From Phoronis australis (taxonomy: Eukaryota; Animalia; Phoronida), in assembly GCA_002633005.1 (NCBI GenBank), contig NMRA01000612.1:184240-248239 (forward strand): a stretch of 64,000 nucleotides of DNA, in the 5' to 3' direction. Of this stretch, positions 34,943 to 47,400 are shown piece after piece. A model generated the notes under the pieces. It was not told the DNA's origin. It did not search any database and saw only the letters and a list, made by a program, of their open reading frames with translations. Positions within the stretch are counted from its first letter, which is position 1; the number at the start of each line of letters is the position of its first letter. The translations under genes were made by a program, and so were the position numbers.

Positions 34943-36786
34943 TTGGTCACTAATGCGTGAACAGAGACTTCAGTCAGCTTCCTCAATGATGAACACTGAA
35001 CCCGTCGGCCTAATATACACGTACATGTAGTTTCACGTTTCTTGGACAAATGAAATGTCACTATGAATGAATACTTTTTAGTTTTAGTCTCATCCAAGGC
35101 ACACCATTAGGGCAAGGATCTGGTGCCATTCACAAAAGGTGTGTTAGCCGCATGATAGTAAGTACAGTTATCAAAAGCGAATAGCCTATAGCTATAATCT
35201 GCAGTGTTGGCTCGAGGTCTTCCAAGATTCGCGCTGAGAGCACCTCGTGCCCCATTGCTTTCCCTTGGTCCATATGACCTGATAATCTTCAGGATGGGTC
35301 CATATTTGTATAATACCATCTCAAGCATGCCAAGACCAGTCGCTGACGATCTTAGGCAGTATTCCGAATGCTTTTTTGACATTTTTAGTGCATAGTTATC
35401 ATTAACTGTTTTAATTAATTCCCATAAATATAAATCATCATCAAGCCACAACATATATAGATACGCATTTACACAAGAACAAATAGAAATTTAAAATTCA
35501 ATATAAACAACAACAAAAAATTTACACATTTTAGGTTTCTTGTGAATCAAGAGCTGGCTTCTTTCTTATGCTTGAATTATTTGCATAGATTTCTAATAGT
35601 ATTCTAACTTTATACATCATATAAGTCTGGCAGTGCCCTCTTCAGTCGTATCTGCAACAAACTGGAGATGTCTTTGTCCTGTATCATGGTAAAGCGGACA
35701 AAGTATCATGAACAATAACGCAGACGACGACGACGGCGATTATTAAGAAGATGACGCATTTGACAACATAACTTAAACAATAACCATCTACAGTCCAGAA
35801 CCTGGCCTCAGCCCCGTATGCACGGTATGTGTCACAGATTTTGGAAGCTTTTAACATCATACACGAGTTTTAAATAGTTTTTCAAAATCTTTGCGGATAC
35901 CATGAATACGGGTCTGCTGCCACGTCCAGGACTTCTGACAATAGGGCCTATAGTGGGCAGTTGGATGTTTTGTGATTATGTGTCTGACGCTGTGATGATA
36001 AGATTGGATCCCGGAAATGGAAGAAGAAATGCGCAGTGATGTGACTTTGTCAGTAATTTCACAGGTCTTGGATTTTTTCCCATTCAGGTAACCACGGATG
36101 CATTTTGGTTGTTGAAGCTCGTACAAAATCATGTGTTTGAATTAAGTGGTCGAAAATAGCCCACCATATGTCTTCCCCCTAGTTCGCCTGTGGCCGCTCC
36201 AAGAGGTGTTGGGAACGATTGACCAGGTCCATAGGCGGGTAATAAATTTCGAAGCACTTACTAGTGCTTCAAAGCGCTATGTAAAAATGACCTAATTAAT
36301 AATATTGTTGTATTGATTTTGGCGTTTGAATTTTATTCGACTGGCTACAAAACGTTTAAATGACGTCATATTGAAAATGAAAATAATAATGCGGATGAGA
36401 TGATCGCTATGCATTGTTATAAATATGGTAATCATTGTAGTATTAGTTTAACAATGATAAGTCGAGAGGGGAGAAATGTTTCTGTCATTGCATGTGTTAC
36501 TTATTTAAAAACTTGTGTTTCACTGTATCTTCTGGAATGAGTTATGTTTACAACTGACGACGGCCATGTATGTTTCTTAATAATGGTTTTAGGGTTGTGA
36601 AAACGAGACTAAGTTGCCATAATTGTTCTGCATAGATCTTGGAAGACTAGAATTTCTAGATGATCTGCTGTTTTGGTTGTTATGAGAAATAAAATTGTTT
36701 TAAAAGTTGTCTACTTAATTTTGTAATTGATCTTCGCGATGAATTGTAAACAAGATAATTGACATTATCGGTGAGAAAAATGGTTT

Positions 36787-37043
36787 ACTGAGATATCAGA
36801 CCCAATCGAGCTCACTACCTCATACTGAGATATCAGACCCAGTCGAGTTCACAACCTCAACTGCCGCAGTCCAACACTCTGAGATATCAGACCCCGAGTC
36901 GAGTTCACAACCTCAACTGCCGCAGTCCAACACTCTGAGATATCAGACCCAATCGAGTTCACAACCTCAACTGTCGCAGTCCAGCACTCTTGAGATATCA
37001 GACCTAATCGAGCTCACAACTTGAAATGTCGCAGTCCAGCACT
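36787..37043. repeat. ~55-bp tandem repeat, about 5 copies
   Basis: Unit CTGAGATATCAGACCCAATCGAGTTCACAACCTCAACTGCCGCAGTCCAACACT. Confidence 0.9.
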
Positions 37044-38257
37044 GGTAAAACCCACTGGCACGCCGTAAATGACAAAGTATTTTATCAGTAAAGCCACGTG
37101 CCTTGATTTCAGCGAATAGCCGGCAGACAACGGCGAACATTGGTGATTTATAATAAAATCACAACGGATTTTCTTGTTTTGTAGCTACGGTCAAAGTTAA
37201 TAACTTCAAGACCTCTAACTCATCCAACAAAAATCTCCCAAAACGATTAGGCCCAATGTGCCCTAACACGTAATTAAAGGCATGACTAAAATGCACTACG
37301 TTGCACGAAATCGCACACATTGTATCTTACGCAACACTCCCAACTGCTGTTAGGAGCATTTTCGTAAAAAGTTCATAAATGCTTTTAATTTCACAACAAT
37401 ATCCAAGATCAGTGGCTGTCGCAGGACTTTTCCTGAATAGGGTGACTTGCAGGCAACAAAGACGTGACAATTCTGTTGGTTCTAGTGACTGATCAGACCA
37501 AACAGCCGTATTTTTTCGCAGTCTCTACTCTGTAAACTTCGAAGAATCATACTATTTAAGAACTGGTAAGAATGCAGAGCTGTTTTGGACATAGTGGTTA
37601 ATTCGTAAAATGTTGAAAACGTTGCCAGCTTTTACAGGTTTACAAGTCCTAGCCATAAATGGCAAGCGTTTAGTGGAAGAATGAATTTTTTAGGCACAAA
37701 CACACTTTCTGTCTAGAAATACACGGAAACTTCTCAACGTTAGTTATCAAAACGTTAAATACATTTCGCGCCAAATGCTTATTCTGGTGAGGTTGCTTTT
37801 CCTAAATAATTCGACTTCTCGGTTCTTTTCCAATGAACCCGCCTTCTGATTCAGACGTCCTGTCTCTTGTTACAGTATGAACGTAATATTAGGATGACAG
37901 CTTAGCATACAACATTAACGTTATACGGACTTTCTTGTGACCCCTGTTCAGAGTGTCGGATTAAAGTTTCTCGTGTCCCCTAAGCTCTAAGAATTCTCCA
38001 GGCCCTATGGAGACCTTAAACATTTTAAATGCCTTCGGTCGTCACAATTTGTCCCTCACAATTTTCACCCACTGACCCCCATTTCCAAAATGTTCATCCC
38101 TTAGTTGACACAAATTTTGAAGGTCACCTGTGCCTACAAGGCGGGGTCCCTAAGTATTTATTTAGCTAAGTTAGTAGATAATCTGGCACTTCTGGTTGCG
38201 TAAGGAAATTGTTGGGATTTCGAAACAAGATTGAATGTAATTGCGCACCAGCGGTCA

Positions 38258-38482
38258 TCAAAATGCAAAGTACATTAACCCATAAACGATAACAAATGTG
38301 CAAAACAGGATTGGGAAGACGAATCTTGAAACATAGTCAATCTGTTCCGCCGACAGCGTGGGCCGCTTAACAACCACCTTCTCACTATCAGTCTGACCAT
38401 GATGGAGCCTTTCTGACGACTGTTTAAAAGCCTGACTTCTTTCGCGCACTCCTCCGTGTGTAGTGTCTTCGAGGTCATAACT
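38258..38482 (-). CDS. Cys-loop channel exon 9 (M4, stop)
   Basis: ...AEQIDYVSRFVFPILFCTFVIVYGLMYFAF*. Confidence 0.9.
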   Translation of the reverse strand, partial: SYDLEDTTHGGVRERSQAFKQSSERLHHGQTDSEKVVVKRPTLSAEQIDYVSRFVFPILFCTFVIVYGLMYFAF

Positions 38483-41400
38483 CTGAAAGCAATCAAAGTG
38501 TCATCGTCATTTTTTACTTAGGTCAGGAAGGCTTTCTTTCGTGTGTGGAAGAAAAAGCTATTTATTCATTAAAGTTCATACGATGCTGTGTGACCAATGC
38601 GAAGCAATGTGTGATGATCGGAGGGCAAAAGTTTGCATTTTTTCTAATTTTAAAGAAATATTAAGTAACTTGATCAGTGTCATACGCTGAATTCTATGAG
38701 GGCCCCCAAAATATTCACACCCCATCCACTCCCTTTCTCAGACTTTTGGTGTTTCCTTGAAAACACTCAATCAAAAAGGAGTCGTAGTAATAACCGTTGT
38801 ACTCAATTCCCTTAGCAGTCTCCTCGTCTGTAACAGTTTAATAACTGTGCCGAGAAACCGGTGAATAAGTACGGTCTTTTTGTGATTCTATATCTAACAT
38901 ATTGTACCTGAATTTGTGCGTACGTCGCTGGTCTACCTCTGACGTAACACAGGAATAAGATAACCTCAATAATTTTGGAATGAAAGCTTTATAAGGGTTG
39001 CTGTTAGAGTAATGCATATTTTTTCATTTCGAAACCGACGCTGTTCATTCAAATATTTTGCACAAAAGATATATTTGAAGCACCACTATGAATACATCCG
39101 TCCTGAAGTGTTTTTCGTGGGTGTCTTTACTGTAAAAAGGCAAATTGTTACCATACTAAGCTACGCTCTGATTTGTATGCGTATTTTAACATTTACAAGT
39201 TGTCTCTTATCGCTACCATTTTCTGTATTTTTTCCGAGACGAATATGAATTTAAAATTACTGCACAATAATTTCGATTTCTCGATGTCCCTTTTTGGATA
39301 ACATTTAAGTTGATGAATTGATGAAATACGAATACAAATAAGATCGGAGCTTAGTATGGTAACATACGAGTTGTTTATGAGGCTGTAGTAATGTTAATAG
39401 AGACCTGGGCCCGGTCTCCAATCTTTTTACTCGGAATGGAACTCGAAATTAGGTTTGACATTTTCTACTCTACTTTTGGGCGAAATCAAGATAAGTGTCT
39501 ATTATTCTATGCTCGAGTACACAATAACTTACGTAGATAATTTATTGTCCTTAGTTCAAAATTTGTAAACCCAATATTAAAGCAATAAGTTCGAGTTTGA
39601 TCTCGAAATTTCGAGTTTTTACTCGAGTTTGTAGCACGAATATAAGGGTCTTCAAGGGCAAACTTGAACTAGAAACTCCTATGCATAAACTATAATGTAT
39701 TCGAGCACAGTATGATAACCAATTATCTTAAGTTCACACAAAAGGAGCAGAGAAATTGCCAAAAATAGTTTCGAGTTCGTTTCGAGTACAAAGATTAGAG
39801 ACCGGGCCCAGATGCGAGACGATAGAGGTTGGACCATATAGGAGATCAAAACACTCTTTAAATTCGGTTTGTCACTCTGATACTCCCGAACCTTATTATG
39901 TGCTTACAGAAATCTCGAATGCTGGATTCACATGTCCTTTAGCGCTTTGAGATGTTTTTTCCTTCACTTTCTTCTTTTCTTGGTGACGCTTGAACTTGTT
40001 CATTTTGACTAACGACAACGATGCCAGGATGTACTCTATAAACGACATCATGATGAAGATCATACACGCGGCTATCCAAACGTCTATAGCCTGAAACGAG
40101 ATTGAAATTTCAGGTGAATAAGTTACGCACATACATATTGCGGGGTTTCTTGTTTTATTAAAGCCGACATAAACCATGTCATGGTTTTAAAAACCCGAAC
40201 TTCGGACACAAGCATATTTACTCTTCCAGTGCAACGTCGTTGCGTAATTAATAGTTTGAATTGAAATCGGTTTCTTGCGAATTTTAAAATCGGTTCTCGT
40301 CTGAGAAACGAACACGCTGAGACCAACTGTACAGCGGCAAGTGGACTAAATGACAAGTTCGTTTCTTGGACGGAACGCTGGCTTAGCGCTTTAATATTTT
40401 TGTGCGGTAATAGGCTCGTCTTTAAAAGCGCCACACTCATTCCAAAGTATTCACGCATTGTGGTAGGTGCATGTCCTGAGCAGCGTTCCGTTGACCAAAG
40501 ATGCTAGCTTGCACTTGCGGCGAATCAATCGCCTTCCACTCGTGCGATTTTGCGTAGTGGCGCAATCTGGAACGCGAGTCTGCTCCTTTACGTACGTGCA
40601 TATCATGATATTCACTATCTCAAGTAATGGGGCTATTCGGAAAATTTACGTTAACTAGAGGGCGCGCGTGTACTAGTGGTGATAGATTAACAGCCTCGAT
40701 TTCGCGAGCCCTTTAAATACATGGTGAAATGGCTTGTAGCCGTGCCAACTGAACGTGAGATTGCGTGAAAAGGGTGCTTCTATGAGATGAAGTAATAACG
40801 ACCTTATACAAAGGTAAGGTTTGTGATTATTTTAACGATTATTCCATGTTCATTCAACTAATGCCTCTTAACTGAGGTTCTCGCCGATGTCGACTTCGCG
40901 GCAGACGCCAGTCGGGTTAATCTTTGTTTGTTGTGATGTGTGTTGCGATACTTGACGTAGCACTCGGTACCTTTTCGTACATCAAAGCAGTATTATTGTT
41001 TGGAATGATTTCTATCAGGTTTATCAGAGTCAGTTACATCAATGAATGCTGAATGTTTATGCTGCTAACTCGATATTGATTAGTGAGTTAAGATTACAAT
41101 CCAAGCCCAATGCCATGGCAATTAAGGGTACGTGACAAATATGCATTAGACTATTTGTTTACTCCCTATCCCATGGAAATCTATTACACGTTGAAATGGA
41201 AATCTATCTTGTCTGTTTTCACGTGACCTATGGTTTTTAGGTTTGAGGGCTTGTGCCGTGCACAGGAGATATGGATCGCTTCTGCATCGATCGCCTGAAT
41301 GGACAAAAATTGGTTTTAAGCAGTTGACTGCAGCTAACCAGCAAGATCTTCCCATCCAGTGGAGATCTGTTTTCAAAGCCTACTTTCTACATCGGAGACA

Positions 41401-44400
41401 AGGAACAAGCTTTGTTACTCCTATCTCATCCCACAGCATTTCCATACATCAGCAGTGCTGCATGGCACAATGTACAAGTCAGTGGCCCTGGACAAATGTG
41501 AATCACCATAAGACAACGTGCCAGTGGATTGTTTGCGTATGAAGAGGAACTATATCTGACTGCTACACATGTCAGCCTCATTGGTGAGGATGAACTTTCA
41601 TAGGCAATAAGTCATGTGTGGACAATAGCTTATTTCCTTTCCTGGAAGAAACATGGGGGATTGAAGATAAAGAAGACCTAGTGACACTCTGGTCTAGTTC
41701 AGGGTCAGATTTTGGGCACAAAACGAGTCAAGTGATATGCTGTTGTGTTTACCTTCAAGGATCTAATTGTGGATGTTATTGAGGCTGAATGAGNAGCAAT
41801 CCGTCTTTTTACCAGCTGTTTACATGCAGACAGCGACGCATGCGCAATTCAATCACCACTAGTACAGCAGCGACACCGCGAGGAGAATTCTCCGAATAGC
41901 CCCATTGTGTCATTCAGTATTGTAATGCAGGGGTCGTATTCTGACTTTATCTTTAGTTCATCCTTATCCTAATTTTGTCCTTGTGTATCTTTATTTCTTA
42001 CTTAAAAGGATACTAATCCCTGTTTTGATGATTTCAACCAATCCTCGCTAATGCATCATTAGCGTCAAATTTGAAAGATAAAAACAGGAAGTAACTAAAA
42101 ATTCATGCTCCCTGTGTCACGTATTTGATATTACAGAATTTCTGTGTGATATTCCCCCACAGTTGCCTTGTAATTCGTTAAAAGCGTAAGTCAGGGAGCT
42201 TTGAATTTTTCCTAAAAACTTTTGAGGGTTGTTGAGTGTTACAGATAATTGTTTTGATTCTAAAAATTGGATGGGAAGGTGGTTTTTAATATCTGTTAAT
42301 AGGCCGAAACCGGAGTTGGTACCCTTTTAGGTTAAAATTTCACTTAAGATTATCTGAGGTAAAAGTGGGGACATACTACAGATTTTGTGAGATACAGCTT
42401 AATTGAACATCTAGGTGAAATGATTAATAACCCAGTGGCGACAAAGTTACGATGAATTGCTATTTTTTCAAATTTGAGAGAGATCCTTAGTGTTATTGAT
42501 TTTCACTTTTGAAGTTAGGTCAACCTAAAAGATAATATAATACGACACAACTTTCAAAATGCAGAGTCATGTTAGAATCTTAAGACCATTTGCCTGATTA
42601 ATACATAAAGGATTTTATGGAAATATGCAAGTTTAAACAAGGGGACTTTTTACTTTTATAAGATGTTTCGTGTAATCGAAAAATTGCCGTCCCCAAATTG
42701 GTCACAGAAGCGTTTTTGCAAGTACCCTGTGGCCTATAGCCATATAAGGCCAGCATCGCACCGTGCACTATTTAACAATGGAACGATCACTAAAAATACC
42801 TTGGCGTAGGCAACTTTGGGTAGTAGATTAGTGGCGACAGCACTCTGTGTAGACAATGTCAGGAAGGCGGTGATATTTGCGGACACTCTAGCTGGCGGAC
42901 TGTTGACCGGTATGTAGAAGGTGGCGTAGGACAGAACGACCAAAGCCAGTGTTGGTAAGTAGAAATTAAGGATGTGGTAGTCCAGGTTACGGACAAACGG
43001 CAAGCGCACCGTGATCTCGGAGAAGTTGCCTGTTGCACATTACAATCAAATCATTGAAAACAATAAAAAAAATTTTGAGTACCTTTCTTGTAATCCTTTT
43101 ACTTTACTACTTTAATTCTATACTTTCCGATACAGACAAATAAATTACAAATACAGAATTTTGTTATTAATTATTATTAGTACTTATACTCAATCTATCA
43201 TATTTATCGTAAGTCAGGCATAATACCAGATTCGAGAACATGGACCCAGAGTTTTTGGTGGTTCCTTTTCTAACAAATTTAGACATTGAAAACTTTAATA
43301 AACACCGTCGAAAACCCTATCGGCAATTGCCATGAAAAAATGGCATATTCGATGATTATTGAAGTAACGGTTGAAAAAGAAGATGAATATTACCCTCAAT
43401 ATAATCAAAGTTATCATACAATGCTTGATTTTTCATTATGACAAAAACTGGTACATTTTGAAAAATTCGGACTGTCCATTGGAGGTGGTACTGTAAAATA
43501 CAAACAAGATACTAATAAAGCGAATCCTACACGAGTCTCACAGTTTTATGACATGGAAGATGGGTCCGTTTAAAAAGTTGTTTGCATGTCGTTCCGACTG
43601 GTAATACGTACAGTTGCGACATCCGATTTGTCAATCATAACCTTGTCACCTTCATGGAATTCCGGAATTGCTTGATTGTTGGTATTAGTGTTTTGCAGAC
43701 GATAAAAGGTAAGGCGTGTGAATTTCTACTTTGCACTACTTTGTGATGCGCCCATGTAATATCAAGACATTCCAGGTCATGTGACGAATCTTTTTACAGG
43801 TCCCTTACCAATGTAGCTAAATGTCTTCTGTAAGTGTAAGGAACAAACAATTTCGCTTCAAACGCGCTTCCGAACATGAGGATTCTTGAAATATCAACGT
43901 TTGCAATGCCTCTGGTTTGCATTATTTGGCACAAATAAACAAAAACAAACTTTTATCGTGGTTAGATCTAATTTTAAAAATCTTAGAATTATAAATGTGG
44001 AAACAAACCAGTGTAGTATTCTTGCACGGTTTCTTCATACTTTGCGTCACCAGGAATTACCTCCAAGTTATATATGTGTAAATTAGATGACACTTCAAGA
44101 CCATTTACTGGCTCCCAGTGGATGCGTACTGCCGTGGCATCGTAGGAATCTAAATGCAGAACTTGAAACGTCACCGTTAACAATAAGCGTGGGTTGTCTC
44201 AAAACCGAAAACGGCATTCTACTCAAAACGTACGTCCCTTTGACAATTTCTAGGTTGCTGTGTCCATAAGCCGAGAAGTACCCTTGGCTGCTGAACTGAT
44301 CGCGCTCTTCATAGTAGAAATAATTATTATCACACGGGCCGTGTTAGGCGGATTTCGGGCTCAAAAGTGATTAAATACGTGCATTTACTAAGCAAGATAA

Positions 44401-47400
44401 CACTATGACATTATGTCTTCATATGGAGAAAAACCTTACACGTGAAGTAGATCACTTCTGTCGTAACCTGAGTGACATCGCTGGTAACAAAAATTTTCGA
44501 CACTGTGTCACATTCCATGTTTTTGAAAAATTACCTTTTAATTTGCCGTTGCAGCCAGTCAGAAACTTCAAATTTGTTCTAATAAATTAACATATTTGCG
44601 ACTTCAAGGAGTTCATTCAAGAATTAGGTGGGTATTTTGGAATGCCCGAGTATCACCAATTACAGTTTGCGAATCAGTCTTCTCATTTTTTCTCAAAATA
44701 GCTAAAACAAAACCGTGAAAAGCTTTTCGGAATTAAACAATCATTCAAGACTTGTTACAGTACGCAATTTTTAACATGACTTATGTAAAAGTTTGACAAA
44801 GTCGACGTAAGATAATCGATATGAAGACCAGTGGATCGGGAAAGCTTCGAGCACAGTACAAGTCGTGAATATCCGACCAGAATTGAATGAATAAGCTGCT
44901 AGTTCAATAAGTTGTTCAGGCTCTGAGGTATGTTTCACATGAGGCGCCAAGCTGAGCTCGTAGCCATTTGTGCTGACACTTGTGGGGCTGAGACCCACAT
45001 GTTTCCCTTATTGTTTCTTGCCATGGACTTGTGGGGCTGAGACCCGCAGGTTTCTCTTATTGTTTCTTACCATGGATGCTTTTAATGACAATATATTTGA
45101 TCTTTTGTTAAAAAGAAACACTAACTAACCCAGTTTCTGAAGGTTATGTAATACCCTAGAAAAATGTACAAATTTAGATAATTTCGGAACATATCATCTT
45201 ATAAATGGCTAATCGGATTCACGTCAAACCTCCAGATACTATATTTTGCATCTGCGCCTGTGTCTCTAAACATCTTGAGGGATCTTTTTCGTGAAATTCC
45301 ACAAGACAAGTACATTCCTATGACTTTGTCAACAAAAAGATGGATCCCACTACAGCTGTGCACACTTGTGGCAATTTGATTATTTATGTTTGTTTCTGTA
45401 TTATTTAATTTCCACGAAAGATGTTCGTGAAATATTGCAAATGCTTTTCTATTATGCAGACAATGCTTTTCATTTTTGAGCGGGTTTGGCGTATTCTGTG
45501 ACATTAATGGCTATTTTATGATTTATACCGTTTGCAGTGCATTCTGAACACATTTTAACGGTTCGCGTTGCTCTGGTTAGAATATACAGTGTTTTGTTAT
45601 GGCCATAAATGGTCCCGGGGAAAAACTGTCACCTACTTGAAGAATCTGTAGAGAATGACAATAGAATGGCCATGTAGAATCCTCACTGGCACAACGTCAA
45701 AAAGTGTAGCCTAGTGCCATCGAATTCCTCTCAGACAATCTCGCCTAGGATATATATTATATATAGATACTTAATTACTTACAACTTCCGAGTGTTATCG
45801 GACAGGAAATGTTTCCAGCAGGATATCTCCGGAAATCCATGGGACACATCAATGCCACCGAAAATCTGTTGAAAATGTGTAAATTGTAGTTAGGCAGTTA
45901 TTGGATTTGTTAAGAATGTTTCAAAAGGCAACCAAATTGTATAATATGAGATTGGTAAGCCGACGTGTAATAATTTTGGGATGTTTTAAGTTCATGACTA
46001 GAAGGGTATAGTAAGATATGTATTTTGTTCTATAATAAGGTAAAGGAGGATAAATTTATACTTAGGTTTACCTGGTAACGGACTCAATAGTAAATTACAA
46101 TTAAACGAAACAAACAACCATACCAACTAAAAATAGTTACAAAAGATCTAAACAAAATAATTGTCAAAATTGTTACGCTCCATTTTCAAACTCTCACTAC
46201 GTTGTTAAAGATTGCTCAACATTTCTTGATTGTTGTTGACAGTTACAATATAATCTGTTCAAATAGTGAAAACAAGTTTTCTTTATTTTTCTTTGTTGAA
46301 TTTTTTGATGAAAGGAAATTTTGTGTTCTAAAGTCATGAAACTTTACCGTAGTGTACGGTGGCCCAAAGATCTCGAGATCCCGAGATAACTAAAAAGAAA
46401 CGCGCGATGTCATCTTTGGGCCACCTTAGTAGTGCGTTGTTGCAAATCTTGCTAACTTTTTCAGGAAAGACTCTTGGGACGCTTTACATGAACCTCAATC
46501 ACAATAGATACAACATCTCATTCGTATCCATGCATTTGCCCGTTATCATTGTCGTCATACAACAAATATCAAGTTAAAGATGAAACTCATCCTGTGACTT
46601 AAAAGACGTTTTAATTTTCTAAATTTCGATCTGAAATTGATATCATAAGGCAATGGGTTTGAACATCGAAGTTTGATTAGATTTCTTTTCAAATCAATAT
46701 GTTTTAAAACCAGCCAAATATTGGGGCTGATTCGTTTCGGCGTAATTTGAATTTTGGCCGCCTAATTCGCCAAATTCGAAGCATCAACTTTACTTTTAGT
46801 AAAAATGCAGATCCTTGATTATTATGGTATTTTATGTATTAATGCCCGTTCCCGTGGCGACTATGTACTACCCACGGAACAATGCAAAGTGGCGTAAAAG
46901 GTCACTCTGCACCTTGGTTCCGCATTCACTTTTATTTAGCAAACAGGAAAAACCTGCACAGTCTCCGTTCAATAGATTGTAAGATATTACGTTTCCCATG
47001 AATGCAGAACCAAGATACGGGCCTTCTTCCGGGCCGTTACATAAATTTCTATTGCCTCATGAATTATAAATACACACCAGCGGAACAGTAGTTAGATCAG
47101 AAATGTATTTCCAAGATAACCGGGGATCAAAAACGGTTGCTTCTCTCTTTAAAGGGGCTATTAACACTGTCAATAACACCTTTTATTTTAGGTCACTTAC
47201 TACTATAAAATCGACCTCATCTTGTACCTTACTGAGATTAGAAATGACTCCTAGTCGACTTTTAGAACTGTTAGACCCGCTTCCGTCAACTCACGGTGGT
47301 GAGTTAGTTTCAGTCCTCAATGCAACTTCGTAAAGATTTCTTACGTTTACGATACGTTACTTTTATACCCCTTAATGAATGATTTTAGCAATACATCTTT

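Noticed and set aside
35107-35454. 115-aa antisense ORF behind the glycosyltransferase stop
   Set aside because: No motif or splice support; probably chance or repeat-derived.
45638-45711. Alternative Cys-loop exon
   Set aside because: Has a stop codon and no C-x13-C; the real exon is 45783-45865.
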